In this document: positions 51,102-64,000 of the stretch, piece after piece
Layout: each line of letters starts with the position of its first letter
Numbering within the stretch: the first letter of the stretch is position 1
Assembly: GCA_951406725.2 (NCBI GenBank)
Contig: OX597821.1
Location: forward strand, 97,712,001-97,776,000
DNA: 64,000 nt
Direction of reading: 5' to 3'
Source of the DNA: Octopus vulgaris
Lineage: Eukaryota
The notes under the pieces: model-generated
What the model was told of the DNA's origin: nothing
The model's database searches: none
The model's input: the letters and a program-made list of their open reading frames with translations, nothing else
Translations under genes and position numbers: made by a program

Positions 51102-52397
51102 TCAGATCATTAAGAACGAAATGTCTAATTTTGAACTGAAAGTTATTTTACTTTATCCCAACAAAAGGCAATGCAGTTAATCAAAGTATGCACCTAAATT
51201 ATCAACACATTTTTGCCGTTAATCAGTAGCTTATTTATGCCAGCAGTGAAGAATTCTGGAGAGCAAGAGGGGATGAAATCACAAAAGGCTCTTTTTGCAT
51301 CTTCTTCAAATTTGGAGATTTTTACCTTGCAAAACGTTGCCTAATGCCTGGAAAACGTGATAGTCAGTTGGTGCAAGGTCTGGTGAATATGGTGGATGAC
51401 ACAGTACTTCCAGTGATAGTCAGTTGGTGCAAGGTCTGGTGAATATGGTGGATGACACAGTACTTCCAAGTTCAGTCCATGTAACTTGAGGAGCATTCTT
51501 AATGCAACGTGGTCAAGCATTGGCCTGTCTCTATTGACCAGTCTTCATTGTTTAATTGCAAGTTCACTCATCATTTCATCCAACTGATTGATGTATACAT
51601 CCACTGGAATTGACCAAATCTCATGAAGCTGAAGTGGATGACACAAGTGCTGGACCACCAAACAGACACCATTAGCTTTTTATGGTGAATATTCTTTTTT
51701 GGATTGTATTTTGGCACTTTGTCTCTATCCAACCACTGTGCCACATGCTTGCTATTGTTAAAAAGAATCCATTTTTCATCACACATAAGATGATGCAAAA
51801 ACAGTTTGCTTTTATGCTGTGATAGCAAAGAACAGCAAGTTTCAAGATGACATGTCATTTGACGCTAGTTCAGTTCATGTGGTACCCACTTGTCCAGCTT
51901 CTTTACCATGCCGATTTGTTTCAGATGGTCCTGAAATTGCAACATCAAACCTTGCTGCTAACTCACACATAATTTGAGATGTATCTACTACTACATTTTC
52001 CAGCTCATCATTATCCATCTTGGTGACAGGTCTACCACGGGGCTGATTTCCAAGAGTAAAGTCGCCAGACTGGAACTTCTCAAACCATCAACGTACAGTG
52101 CTCTCATTCACCACATCTTTACCAAATACCTCATTGATGTTTTGAACTGTCTGGGATGCATTGGTTCCCTGACTGAATTCATATTCACAAACAACACAAA
52201 TTTTTCATCTATCTATGGATTCACAAAAATTGATTTACATGAGAAAACTCGCAATACAATCAGACACCATGAATTGCATTTCGAAAAGTGTTGGTGTAAC
52301 TCTTCAATGTTATAAAACAAAGAATTGTCAGGATAAAACATTAGACTGTCAAACTTGGTGCATAAGAAAATCGGACATTTCATTCTTAATAACTTGA
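51102..52397 (-). mobile_element. Full-length inactive mariner transposon
   Basis: TA-flanked TIRs TCAGATCATTAAGAACGAAATGTC and TCAAGTTATTAAGAATGAAATGTC. KWVPHEL, CDEKWILF and HPPYSPDLAPTDYH on the - strand. Confidence 0.9.
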
Positions 52398-52496
52398 TAT
52401 ATATATGTGTGTGTGTGTGTGTATATATGTATGTATGCATATGTATTTTTACATATATATGATGATGATGATGATGATGATATATATACCACACAA

Positions 52497-52887
52497 CAGG
52501 AGTGGCTGTGTGGTAAGTAGCTTGCTAACCAACCACATGGTTCCGGGTTCAGTCCCACTGCGTGGCATCTTGGGCAAGTGTCTTCTGCTATAGCCCCGGG
52601 CCGACCAATGCCTTGTGAGTAGATTTGGTAGCCTGTCGTATATATGTATATATATATATATGTATGTGTGTGTGTGCTTGTGTCTCTGTGTTTGTCCCCC
52701 TAGCATTGCTTGACAACCGATGCTGGTGTGTTTACGTCCCCGTCACTTAGCGGTTTGGCAAAAAAGACCGATAGAATAAGTACTGGGCTTACAAAGAATA
52801 AGTCCCGGGGTCGATTTGCTCGACTAAAGGCGGTGCTCCAGCATGGCCGCAGTTAAATGACTGAAACAAGTAAAAGAGTAAAAGAGT
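52497..52887 (+). mobile_element. SINE family A
   Basis: Near full-length match. Confidence 0.9.
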
Positions 52888-53092
52888 ATGTACGCATATG
52901 TATTTATATATATAAAATTAGAAAAAAACACCTTTTATCATTCAAAATGAACAATTAAATTACACCATCTAGAAAATTACATATAATAGAAAAATTGAAA
53001 TTAAAATAACAATAAAATGTCAAAGATTAAGTAAATTGCAAAAAATAATAATAAAAACGTATATAATAGGTAGAAAAACCTATTATATGTAA

Positions 53093-53123
<31 letters not shown>

Positions 53124-53171
53124 GTTTCTCTGTTTCTAATTCTTTTCTTTTGTTTTTCTCTCGTTTTCTAG

Positions 53172-54648
53172 ACACCTGGTTTTAAATAAGGATAAAATGC
53201 AAGAAAAGAATAACCGGGACCACATCAGATACCAGTATGATGAACACTACTTTCTGACAGATCCAGATGAATTCATTCAGGAATTTTACCCCTATGATCA
53301 GGAATGGCAACTGCTACAGAAACCGATATCACTGGAAAATTTTGAAGCTATGCCTTTTGTTCGTTCCATTTTTTTCCACCATCACATGAAGTTTGAGAAA
53401 GCTTATCAATCAGTGCTGTACACAAACAACAAAGGTGGAGTTGATTTAAAGATACGGGTGCCAGAAGACCTTGAAGATTCACTGTTGTTCTTCTACCAAC
53501 TTCGTTCTGCTGATAAAGAAAAACAAAATACTTTGCATAAAAATATTAATTTTCAAGACTATGTGTTCCAGACAATGCATGATAATGTTGCCATCTTTAA
53601 CATCCATGTTCCAACAACAGGTGCCTATTATATCGAGATCTTTGCCAATAAAATTGAAGATGATAAAAAGTTTCCGAACCATTTCTCTGTCAGCTCACCA
53701 GTTCGGTTGAAATGCACTTGTAAATTCAAGGTTGTTTGCGAAGAAATAACTGGTAAAATGCTTCCACTCCCACAGTGTGCTTCTGGTGAATGGGGGCCTA
53801 AAAAAGCAATGCGTCACTTTGGTATCAAACAGATTTATCCTGAAGATATGGAGTTGACTGATAAAGAAAATCTAAAAGGTGGTCTCTTGAATGTTTATAA
53901 TTGTGCAGAGCTGTTGTTTGAAGTGCCCTATCCACTGAAGCCAGTGGTAAAACTAAGAATGAACCGTGTTGCCGACAGTTTTCTTGAAAAATATGTATCT
54001 GTTGACATAAAGGGCACAAAAATGGTTGCGTCATTTACATTACCAAATTCTGGCCAATATGGTCTCGATGTATTTACACATACAACTTCCAGCACTGATG
54101 GTAGTCAAGTGGCTCATATATGCAAGTACCTGATAAACTGCTCAGGTGTTGATATTCCTGTGACAATTCCATACATTGAAAAGTCAGATACTGAATCAAC
54201 AACTCCTATTCCTAAAGAGAAATCATGGGGACCAACAGATAACTTCAGTAACTTTCAAATACAGACTGTAAGCCACCCTGAACCTCACATTAATGTTAAT
54301 TCAAGCCCACTACAAATTAAACTTAGTTGTCTAAAAGACACAGAGTTTGCTTGCAACCTGACAAAAGAACGAAATGTTGAATGTCCAGATACTGTAGTTA
54401 TCAAAAAAAATGATTCTTCAACTAGTGTGAAGTTGGTAGTATCACTGCCTGAGAAAAATACATATATGTTGTCCATATATGCTAAGAACAACCAGAAAGA
54501 CAATACAGGTTTTATGAATGTATACAACTACATTATCCACTACACTGATGACAATTTTGGCACCCTGAGTCAGTCATCCACTCTCAGCAGTAATGGTAAA
54601 TCAGAAAAATCTCAGTTAAAGCGATTTTTCTCTAAAAAAATCAAGTAA
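53172..54648 (+). CDS. Hil: Hillarin-like gene, terminal coding exon (YDEHYFLTDP motif and three KY/hillarin-type beta-rich repeats)
   Basis: ttttctag|A CAC CTG is in frame with the 483-aa ORF and ends at TAA 54646-48. Motifs YDEHYFLTDPDEFI and WQLL.KPISLENFE, repeated P..G.Y.(I/L)x(I/V)(F/Y) (PTTGAYYIEIF, PNSGQYGLDVF, PEKNTYMLSIY), and WGP twice. Confidence 0.93.
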
Positions 54649-55881
54649 ATTTTGGTTTCCATTCTTTTAATGAAACATTGCATTTTATATATACTATACA
54701 TACTTACATATAAATATATATATATATATATACTTGTCAAAGAGGACAATAAATGTTAAGGCAAGGCAAACATCTCAAGTCATATACATTATTATTATTG
54801 GAAAAAAATTCAAAGTCTTAACAGCTGTTTCTGGGATAGCCCAGAATATGGGATATTCTGTCATTGGAGACAACATAGAGGACAGGAGAAAGGGAATAAA
54901 GATATAGGTTAATGAAATGACAACATAGAGGACAGGAGAGAATGTATTTGACTTGAGATGTTTGCCTTGCCTTAACGTTTGTTATCCTCTTTAACAATTA
55001 TATATCCGCTATATTGGAAATCTACAATGGCTCCATAACTATCGTCTCAGCCCTAGTAATCCATAACTACATTAGAGCCCTAGTTATCCATTACAGCACT
55101 TACCTACCATACCTAGTAATTTAAATCACCTGTGAACTAGACCCCCATATTTTGTATTTTGTAAATGTATATTTATGAATACATGTATACATGATTTCAT
55201 ACATGTGTATATGTGTATATATATATAATATACACATATGTATGTATTTGTATTTATATACATATGTGTGTATATATGGATATATATATATATGGATATA
55301 TATATATATATATATATATGTGGATATATATATATATATAAATGAAATTACATACATATAGATTAATTTAAAATATCCATACATACACACACATACACAT
55401 ATATCATATGAATACATATGTATATAAATGCCTATATTCATACTTCCATACAAACATACATGTAAACATTTAGTTTTATCCATTTATGCTATTATATACA
55501 CAATTAAAGAATAGAACCACTCTATACTATAAGATTTACTATTAAAATAACTATGATAAATAATACTTAATACTAAATAAATTAAATAATTAATAAACTA
55601 ATTACTATGTATACTCTAAAAATCTTATGAAATTAATAAATATATAAAAAATTATAGTAATGCCTCAACGTACAAATAAATTCTATCCCAACTACGCTTT
55701 TATATATTTTATATACATATATATATATAAATAATTTACAATTTTTTTTCGGCATATTTGGCATTAGAATTTTCCTTTTGCCCTTATATTGTAAATTATT
55801 TATAAATTTAACCTTTAAAGGTATTTTTTGATATGCTGGCCATTGATGAAATTTTTTTTCCAGAAAAAAAATTTATCCTAC

Positions 55882-55919
<38 letters not shown>

Positions 55920-55950
55920 GTATGTATTTAACATATATAAACACATATAC

Positions 55951-56010
<60 letters not shown>

Positions 56011-56198
56011 GATGAATCACATTCCTTACAAGAGACATGCCACTGTTTACCTTTTATTATCATGTTAAATATTAATGAGTGTGTGTGTGTGTATCCCAGT
56101 TAGAGATACAAGAATGTATAGTTGGTTATAAATTAAAAAACTTTTTTAGCTGAAATTACATAAATTGTGACAATGATATATTTATTGTTTTGTGTATG

Positions 56199-56230
<32 letters not shown>

Positions 56231-56231
56231 C

Positions 56232-56374
<143 letters not shown>

Positions 56375-57892
56375 TCAGACATACACATATACATTAAGTT
56401 CATTATTGTTGTTGTACTTGTTCATTTTTCTTGTTATACTTATTATGAGTGACTATGTTTAGTGAATGTGTTGAATACATTCTTAAGTTCCTTGATGCAG
56501 CTGGTCAGAAGTTATGTTTCACATTACGAAACATTAGTTGCTAGTCAGCATATTCACTTGTAAAAATATTTATATTCACTTTCAGCTTAAACTGGTATTG
56601 ATGTATTTAAGTTGAAGATTTTGGCTTTTCATATATATATATAAGAAAATAAAAAAAGGAAAATACGCACACTTACATGGTTATAATATAATTTTTAATG
56701 TATCGACCAGTTTCACAATCGCTATTCATGATATAATGTTTAATTTATATGAATATATATTTTTTCTTAAGAAGAAATTTGGTCCATGTTATGTATGTAT
56801 GTGTGTGAGTGTATATATACACACACATATGCACACACACACACATAATAAATATAAGAGGCACAGACATGGCTTGCCCAAGCCAACCAAAGCCTTGTGA
56901 ATGGACTTGGTAGACAGACACTGACGCTTATCATAAATAAGTGTGTGTGTGTGCATGTGCATATGTTGGTGGGCATGTTTGTGTCGGCAAGATAATTGTA
57001 AATAAGTATCACCAGCATACAAGCGGTGTCGTTTCTTTTCCAATCTTATGTGGAATTATGTCTGGCTTTGGGGAAATATTACTTTGCTTGGAAACTGGTA
57101 AGATTTGGTGACAGAAAGGGTATCATCCAGGCTACAGAAAGTTTCTCCTATGAATTCTCTCTGACTAATGTGTGCATCGAAAATTGGACATTAAAACAAT
57201 GATGATAATAATGATGATATATTCATGCATATACTGTAATATATATATACATACGTATGTATGTATATATCCTTCAGCTAATCTGCGCTAGTACTTTTTA
57301 GTTTCTTTCAAGCCAGATTGCCGACAATATTATCTAGAAGTAGTCTATATGTATGTGTGTGTGTGTGTAAGACAAGGCATAAATAATGGTCATTACTTTT
57401 TTTTCTTTATTGTAGTAAATTTGACTTACAGCTGTTTCTAGTAGTTATTATAGTTTTGTTATTGATAGGTTTACTCAATTGGCCCGTTAACCGGTTGAGA
57501 TTGAATTTACTACAATAAAAAAGAATATGCTATGACCATTATTTATTCTGGAGCACAACCATGGATTTACAATATAGAATAGTGATGAACTATAATCTTG
57601 GATCCTGTCAGAATACGCAGAGTTCTTTACTGATCTAAACATCATTGTTACCTTGGTGTACTAATAGAGAGCTTATAAAGTATTTTGTCTGGATTGATAA
57701 TCCCTCACTAATAACTCTGTTTATCTATATGCATTCATACATGTGGTTGTATGTAATCTTTCGAATTGAATTTAATGTAAATTTTTTAACTTGTCCAAAA
57801 CAAGGTTGTAAAGAAAATACATTTAATAAAATATAAAACATAAAGGTGTTTTATTTTTGTTTCTGTATATTTTATTTTATTTTATTTTTGTA

Positions 57893-58313
57893 TACTCTCT
57901 CTCTTTTACTCTTTTACTTGTTTCAGTCGTTTGACTGCAGCCATGCTGGAGCACCGCCTTTAGTCGAGCAAATCGACCCCGGGACTTATTCTTTGTAAGC
58001 CCAGTACTTATTCTATCCGTCTCTTTTGCCGAACCGCTAGGTGACGGGGACGTAAACACACCAGCATCAGTTGTCAAGCAATGCTAGGGGGACAAACACT
58101 AACACACAAACATATACACACACACTTATATATATATATATATATACATATATACGACAGGCTTCTTTCAGTTTCCGTCTACCAAATCCACTCACAAGGC
58201 TTTGGTCGGCCCGAGGCTATAGCAGAAGACACTTGCCCAAGATGCCACGCAGTGGGACTGAACCCGGAACCATGTGGTTGGTTAGCAAGCTACTTACCAC
58301 ACAGCCACTCCTG
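57893..58313 (-). mobile_element. SINE family A
   Basis: Full-length reverse match. Confidence 0.9.
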
Positions 58314-58619
58314 TGTGTATTGTATTCTTTTTTATTTTATTTTTGTACAGCCATTCATCCTTTAAATTTTGAGATGTTATGCAGAATTTTGTTTTCATGA
58401 TCAAAGAACTAGGGGAAATATTGCCTTGCTTGGAAAAACTATAAGGATCAGTGACATAAACAGGATCTGATCATAGAAAATCTTATTCAAACTTGTTTGT
58501 TGTTTTTGACACATCATCTCTTTGTACAGCTCAGTACAGGATCAGAGCTCATTGTAAACTCCTCTTGTAAATTGTTATGTTATTCTCATGATTAGAATTG
58601 TTATCAGTAAAAAAACTGC

Positions 58620-59220
58620 AGAACTTCCTCTATAAGTGCCAACCCTTTCACAGTAATTTTTGTTGTCAATTCAAATGGTGTAGGTAGAACTTCTGTTGTC
58701 ACATCTATATTCTCAGCTTGTTCTTTTTCTAACATCAGCTCCTTGTAAGATAAACTTTCTCTCTAAGACACTAGCAACTCGATCACATCATCATCTATGA
58801 CTTCATCAAATCCTCGGTCCTTTGCAAATGTTACATCTTTCTGAATCTGATGTGGACTTTCTGCTTGAGGAAAACTTCTAATGTCATGGATACATTATTC
58901 ACAATTGAAGGTTTCACTTCTTCCCATGACCCAGCTATATATCTACAGCATCCATTATGATGAACTTCTTCTTGAAATCTCTGACTCTAGGTTTATCCTC
59001 CCCGTCAATTACTTTCATAAGCTGTTTGAAAATTCTTCTTATATATATAGTTAGCTATCACATTTTAATCTATTGACAGGAGCAACAAAGTTGTATTCTT
59101 AAGGATATATTCTATTCTCACAGTATCAGAAAGGTCATCTAACGCTAGCTGGGGGTCTCAGAGAATTGTCTAAAATAAGCAATGCTTTGTTAAAAATAAT
59201 GTTATGATTAACATCTTGAT
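58620..59220 (-). mobile_element. Highly decayed DNA-transposon (pogo/Tigger-like) coding relic
   Basis: The - strand has patchy transposase-like text (FKQLMKVIDGEDKPRVRDFKKKFIIMDAVD, GFDEV). No TIRs identified. Confidence 0.35.
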
Positions 59221-60059
59221 TAAAAATTATAACTAAATTTACCAAAGTACTGTTTTTGTATGTTCCTTGATCATCCAAATTATATGATATAACTTACAAC
59301 CTGCCTTAAGTGACTGAATTCATGATTTGGCTGTTTGGACGAAAAAGGTTGTGCATCCCTTATGCACATTATATGTACATGTTTGTATGTGTGTATGCAT
59401 GTATGTGTGTAATATGATGATAGTCTTTCGAATTGTTTATTATTTACTTTGATCTTAACTAAAACACAAGTAGTCATTGAGGTAAGAAGAAAGAGTAGTT
59501 TTGAACTGTTAATAATTTAAAGCTACACAATACAAGTTTCTGTAAGAATGGAATTACAGATTGTATCCCAAAATTAATGGTCATATACATTACAATTTCC
59601 ATAAGTGTGAAATCACATAACCTCATGCATGTATGTAGGTATGCATGCATATATGTATATATATCAGTCTACAAAATTGCAGACAATGACATTTATAAGT
59701 ATCCTACAAATGTTGCCTTTTGCTGGGAATATGATTTCTTATATGTTGGGATATGAAGAAGAATTTGCGAGTGAAGGGTGTCAGCCACCTCTTCTAACTG
59801 ACTGACTCTATCAACCACTTCAGGAAAGTCTGAAAGTGTAAATAATAACAATGAATAAATCTACAATAATGAATACTCAATAAATATGTAAATGTTGTTA
59901 AATATATCTACTGACAGCTTGTGATACTTGAACTACTGGCTTGTAACAATCACCATGAAAACAGGTTTTGCAACTGTTTAATGAAGCAGTCAGTTTAACC
60001 AGGGTACAAATGTACATGAAATATACAGATTAAATACTTTCAACGAATCATGAAATATA

Positions 60060-60972
60060 CAGTGTTTGGACAAAATAATGGCAACACCTTAAAATTTCAA
60101 ACAAATTTATTTTAATATGGGGTAGGACCACCTTTGGCAGTAATTACAGCTTGAATTCTATGACGTATGTACTCGTATAAAGTTTGAATTGTTTCGAAAG
60201 GAATTTTTGTCCATTCTTCAGCTAAAACAGTCTCCAGTTCTTGTAGTGATGATGATGGTGGAGTATATTGACTCCTTACTTGTTTTTCTAAAATGCACCA
60301 TAAATGTTCAATAATAATGAGATCTGGGGACTGTGTTGGCCAGATAGGATGTTCAACTTCACTAGAATGTTCCTCATGCTATGCAGCAACAACTTGAGGT
60401 GTGTGAATTGGTGCATTATCATCTTGAAAGATTGTGTTTCCCTCTGGAAACAGGTCCACAACCATAGGATGAATTTGATCAGATAAAATGCTTAAATAGT
60501 CTTGACTATTAATTCTGCCATGAAGGGAAATGAATGGGCTGGCAGATTTCCAAGATATTGCCCCCTAGATCATTACAGATCCTCCTCCATGTTTAACAGT
60601 TGGAAGAAGGCAATCTGGGTCAAATGCTTCTTTTGGCTGTCTCCACACGTATACTTAGCTGGTGGTTGGAAATAAGGTAAAGGATGACTTGTCTGAGAAA
60701 ATAACATTCTTCCACTGCTCTAGGGACCAATTCTGTAGGTTTTTACTCCACTCTAAACACTTTGCAATGTTTGTTTTTGTCATTTTAATGAATTTTAATT
60801 ACCTTTTTCTGATGATATCTGAAAAGAAAGAGCAATTTTAGCAAAACATATTAAGCAATACTAATGATAAATCGAAAAACATAAAAATAAACAAGCTTTT
60901 GACGGTTTTATAGATATTTTAAAATTATGATGCTATGATGCTAGGTGTTTCCGTTATTTTGTCCAACCCCTG
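60060..60972 (-). mobile_element. Internally deleted Tc1-like transposon
   Basis: TA-flanked 30-bp TIRs CAGTGTTTGGACAAAATAATGGCAACACCT and CAGGGGTTGGACAAAATAACGGAAACACCT. The - strand reads IFSDKSSF, FQDDNAPIH and QSPDLIIIEHLW. Confidence 0.85.
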
Positions 60973-61754
60973 TATTTCACAAACAACCAAATAGACAGAC
61001 AAGCAAGTATGCATGCATGAATAATTACACACATACATACATACATACAAGATGATATGACAGGTTAAAGTTATATATTCAATTATAAAATTTGTACAGT
61101 TGATTCCACCAAATTGTACTGTACTTATTATGTTAAAGAATGGGTAAATAGTTCTGTCATGAGCCTACAATTCACTCTACCATTTGAACCCACAAGTATG
61201 CTTTGCAGGTGTAATTTTATTTGACTTATATCCATCAAAGAAAAAAGGTGATCATGTGGTTTTGTATTTATGGCTTGCTAATTGGCCAAAATATTATTTT
61301 CAGCCATAAACGCAAAACCGTGTGTTACTCTCCACTAAAGCATATTTGTAGTTTCAAAGGTTAAGCCAGGGCTTATCTCTGTTTCCTAAATGTATAAATG
61401 ATCAAGAGCACTATACTCCCCTTTGAATCAGATGCCAGTCAACCATGAGGTTAACTCCCATCTGTTGCTGTTGGTACTCATTTTACAGATGAGTAGACTG
61501 GAGTAATATGAAGTGTTTTGCTTTAGAACACAACAGGTCAACCAGTCTGGGAATTGAAACTACAACTTTATGGCTGCTGGCATAATTTCAATCTACTGCC
61601 ACTGACCTATCAGCTTCAGTATGTGATAGACTGGATCGCATCGAAGGCCTGTCCATTCCAATATGATGAACACCAAAGAACATTTGTGGTCACTTACCAG
61701 TCATCTTCAACACATGACCTTACCAACCAATAGAAACCTCTACCACCACATAAC

Positions 61755-62166
61755 TCTCTCTTTACTCTTTTACTTGTTTCAGTTATTTGACTGTGGCCAT
61801 GCTGGAGTACCGCCTTTAGTCGAGCAAATCGACCCCGGGACTTATTCTTTGTAAGCCCAGTACTTATTCTATCGGTCTCTTTTGCCGAACCGCTAAGTGA
61901 CAGGGATGTAAACACACCAGCATCGGTTGTCAAGCAATGCTAGGGCGACAAACACAGACACACAAACATATACACACACATACATATATATATACATATA
62001 TACGACAGGCTTCTTTCAGTTTCCGTCTACCAAATCCACTCACAAGGCATTGGTCAGCCCGGGGCTATAGCAGAAGACACTTGCCCAAGATGCCACGCAG
62101 TGAGACTGAACCCAGAACCATGTGGTTGGTAAGCGACCTACTTACCATACTGCCACTCCTGCGCCT
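61755..62166 (-). mobile_element. SINE family A
   Basis: Full-length reverse match. Confidence 0.9.
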
Positions 62167-62307
62167 CTCTCAACTTTTCTCACTTGAAAGCTAACCATAT
62201 TCTTCTTTGCCATAGTGATACAAAGCATCTGATGAGTTAGATGTTCTCATTCGTTTACAAAACTTCATGTATTTTGGTACTGAATCCAACATTACATACA
62301 TATATAT

Positions 62308-62538
62308 ATTTCTTTACTACCCACAAGGGGCTAAACACAGAGGGGACAAACAAGGACAGACAAAGGGATTAAGTCGATTACATCAACCCCAGTGCGTAAC
62401 TGGTACTTAATTTATCGACCCCGAAAGGATGAAAGGCAAAGTCGACCTCGGCGGAATTTGAACTCGGAACGTAATGACAGACGAAATACGGCTACGCAGG
62501 TCGCCCGGCGTGCTAACGTTTCTACCAGTTCGCCGCCT
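62308..62538 (-). mobile_element. SINE family B
   Basis: Reverse match. Confidence 0.85.
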
Positions 62539-62847
62539 TTACATACATATATATGGCTATGTGGTTACAAAGTTCTCTTTGCAGCTATGTTGGCACCTTG
62601 AACAAGTGTCTGCTGCCATAGCCTCAAGCTCACCAATGGTTTGGGACTGAAACTTTTATATATCCTCAATAATAGGATCTATTGTCAATAAAAGTACTTT
62701 ATTTGATAAATGAGCAAGGGTTGGTAACACAAAGAGCATCTGGGCACAGAATATTGCCTTGGCAAATCTCATTCAACCCATATCAACATGGAAAAAGCAG
62801 ACATTTAAACAACAATGATGAAGATGATGATAGTGAAGATGATATAT

Positions 62848-63366
62848 GGTGAGGCTGTGAGGCAAAAAGTTTGCTTCCTAGCCACAAGGTCTGGGTTGAG
62901 TTCCACTGAGTGGCACCTTAAGCGATTGTTTTCTACATTAGGCCTGGGCTGACCAAAGCCTTGTGAGTCGATTTAGTAGATAGAAACTGAAAGAAGTTCA
63001 TCATATAGGCGCAGGAGTGGCTGTGTGGATATAGTCGCAGGAGTGGCTGTGTGGTAAGTAGCTTGTTTACCAACCACATGGTTCCGGGTTCAGTCCCACT
63101 GCATGGCACCTTAGGCAAGTGTCTTCTACTATAGCCTCGGGCCGACCAAAGCCTTGTGAGTCGATTTAGTAGATAGAAACTGAAAGAAGTTCATCATATA
63201 GGCACAGGAGTGGCTGTGTGGTAAGTAGCTTGTTTACCAACCACATGGTTCCGGGTTCAGTCCCACTGCGTGACACCTTGGGCAAGTGTCTTCTACTATA
63301 GCCTCGGGTCGACCAAAGCCTTGTGAGTGGATTTGGTAGACGGAAACTGAAAAGAAACCCGTCGTA

Positions 63367-63406
<40 letters not shown>

Positions 63407-63630
63407 TGTGTGTGTTTGTGTGTCTGTGTTTGTCCCCCTAGCATTGCTTGACAACCGATGCTGGTGTGTTTAAGTCCTCGTTACTTAGCGGTTTGGCAAA
63501 AAGAGACCGATAGAATAGATACTGGGCTTACAAAAGAATAAGTCTCGGGGTCGAGTTGCTCGATTAAAGGCGGTGCTCCAGCATGGCCGCAGTAAAATGA
63601 CTGAAACAAGTAAAAGAGAGTAAAGAGTAT
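62848..63630 (+). mobile_element. SINE-A cluster with tandemly repeated 5' halves
   Basis: Heads at about 62848, 63008, 63034 and 63201. Only the last continues directly to a tail. Confidence 0.85.
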
Positions 63631-64000
63631 ATATATATATATATAAATGTATGTACATGTGTGTTTGTCTTTGTCCCTCACCATTACTTGATAACCTGTG
63701 TTGGTTTGCTTAACTTTCCATGTAACTTAGAAATTCAGCAAAATAAAAAAAAGAGCCAGGTCACTTCAACTCCTGTCTTTTTACAGCTCCTATTGATCAT
63801 TCTCTCCTTCTCTTACTAAATGTGAGTGACCGTGAAGCTCTTCTACAAGGACCTGTTCTACGTGCCCTCCTTTTTTCAAACTCTAACCCTTCATACTGAG
63901 TATGAAACCAACCTCACCGCCCTCTAGATTTATAGTCTTATGAGCTGGATGGTGATTCCAATAGTGCTAGAGGCATAAAAAAAAGAAAAAAATCATCCTG

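Noticed and set aside
53197-54648. 483-aa ORF as a standalone intronless gene
   Set aside because: The frame is open upstream to a strong acceptor at 53171 whose phase matches exon 8, so it is the terminal exon.

Overview
AT-rich, microsatellite-dense eukaryotic DNA. The SINE/LINE content resembles an octopod cephalopod (Octopus-like); this is an inference, not a database result. One protein-coding gene runs on the + strand across about 53 kb: a hillarin / LTD-1 / KY-family protein (LIM domain, short repeats, coiled coil, transglutaminase-like domain, three KY/hillarin-type C-terminal repeats). Nine coding exons (1260-54648) join with consistent GT-AG sites and phases into about 972 codons. 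One 83-bp exon is absent from the ORF track, and the first coding exon(s) lie upstream of the window. The introns hold three tRNA-headed SINE families, a young 5'-truncated RTE-type LINE with a PHD finger in its ORF, many RTE 3'-UTR fragments with a 67-bp hairpin tandem repeat, several Tc1/mariner relics and three non-autonomous Helitrons. The least expected signal is two short repeat families carrying minimal type-I hammerhead-ribozyme-like folds, both with a U4-to-C core variant, as expected for Penelope-like-element or retrozyme-type sequences. Most short ORFs in the track are microsatellite or SINE artefacts.
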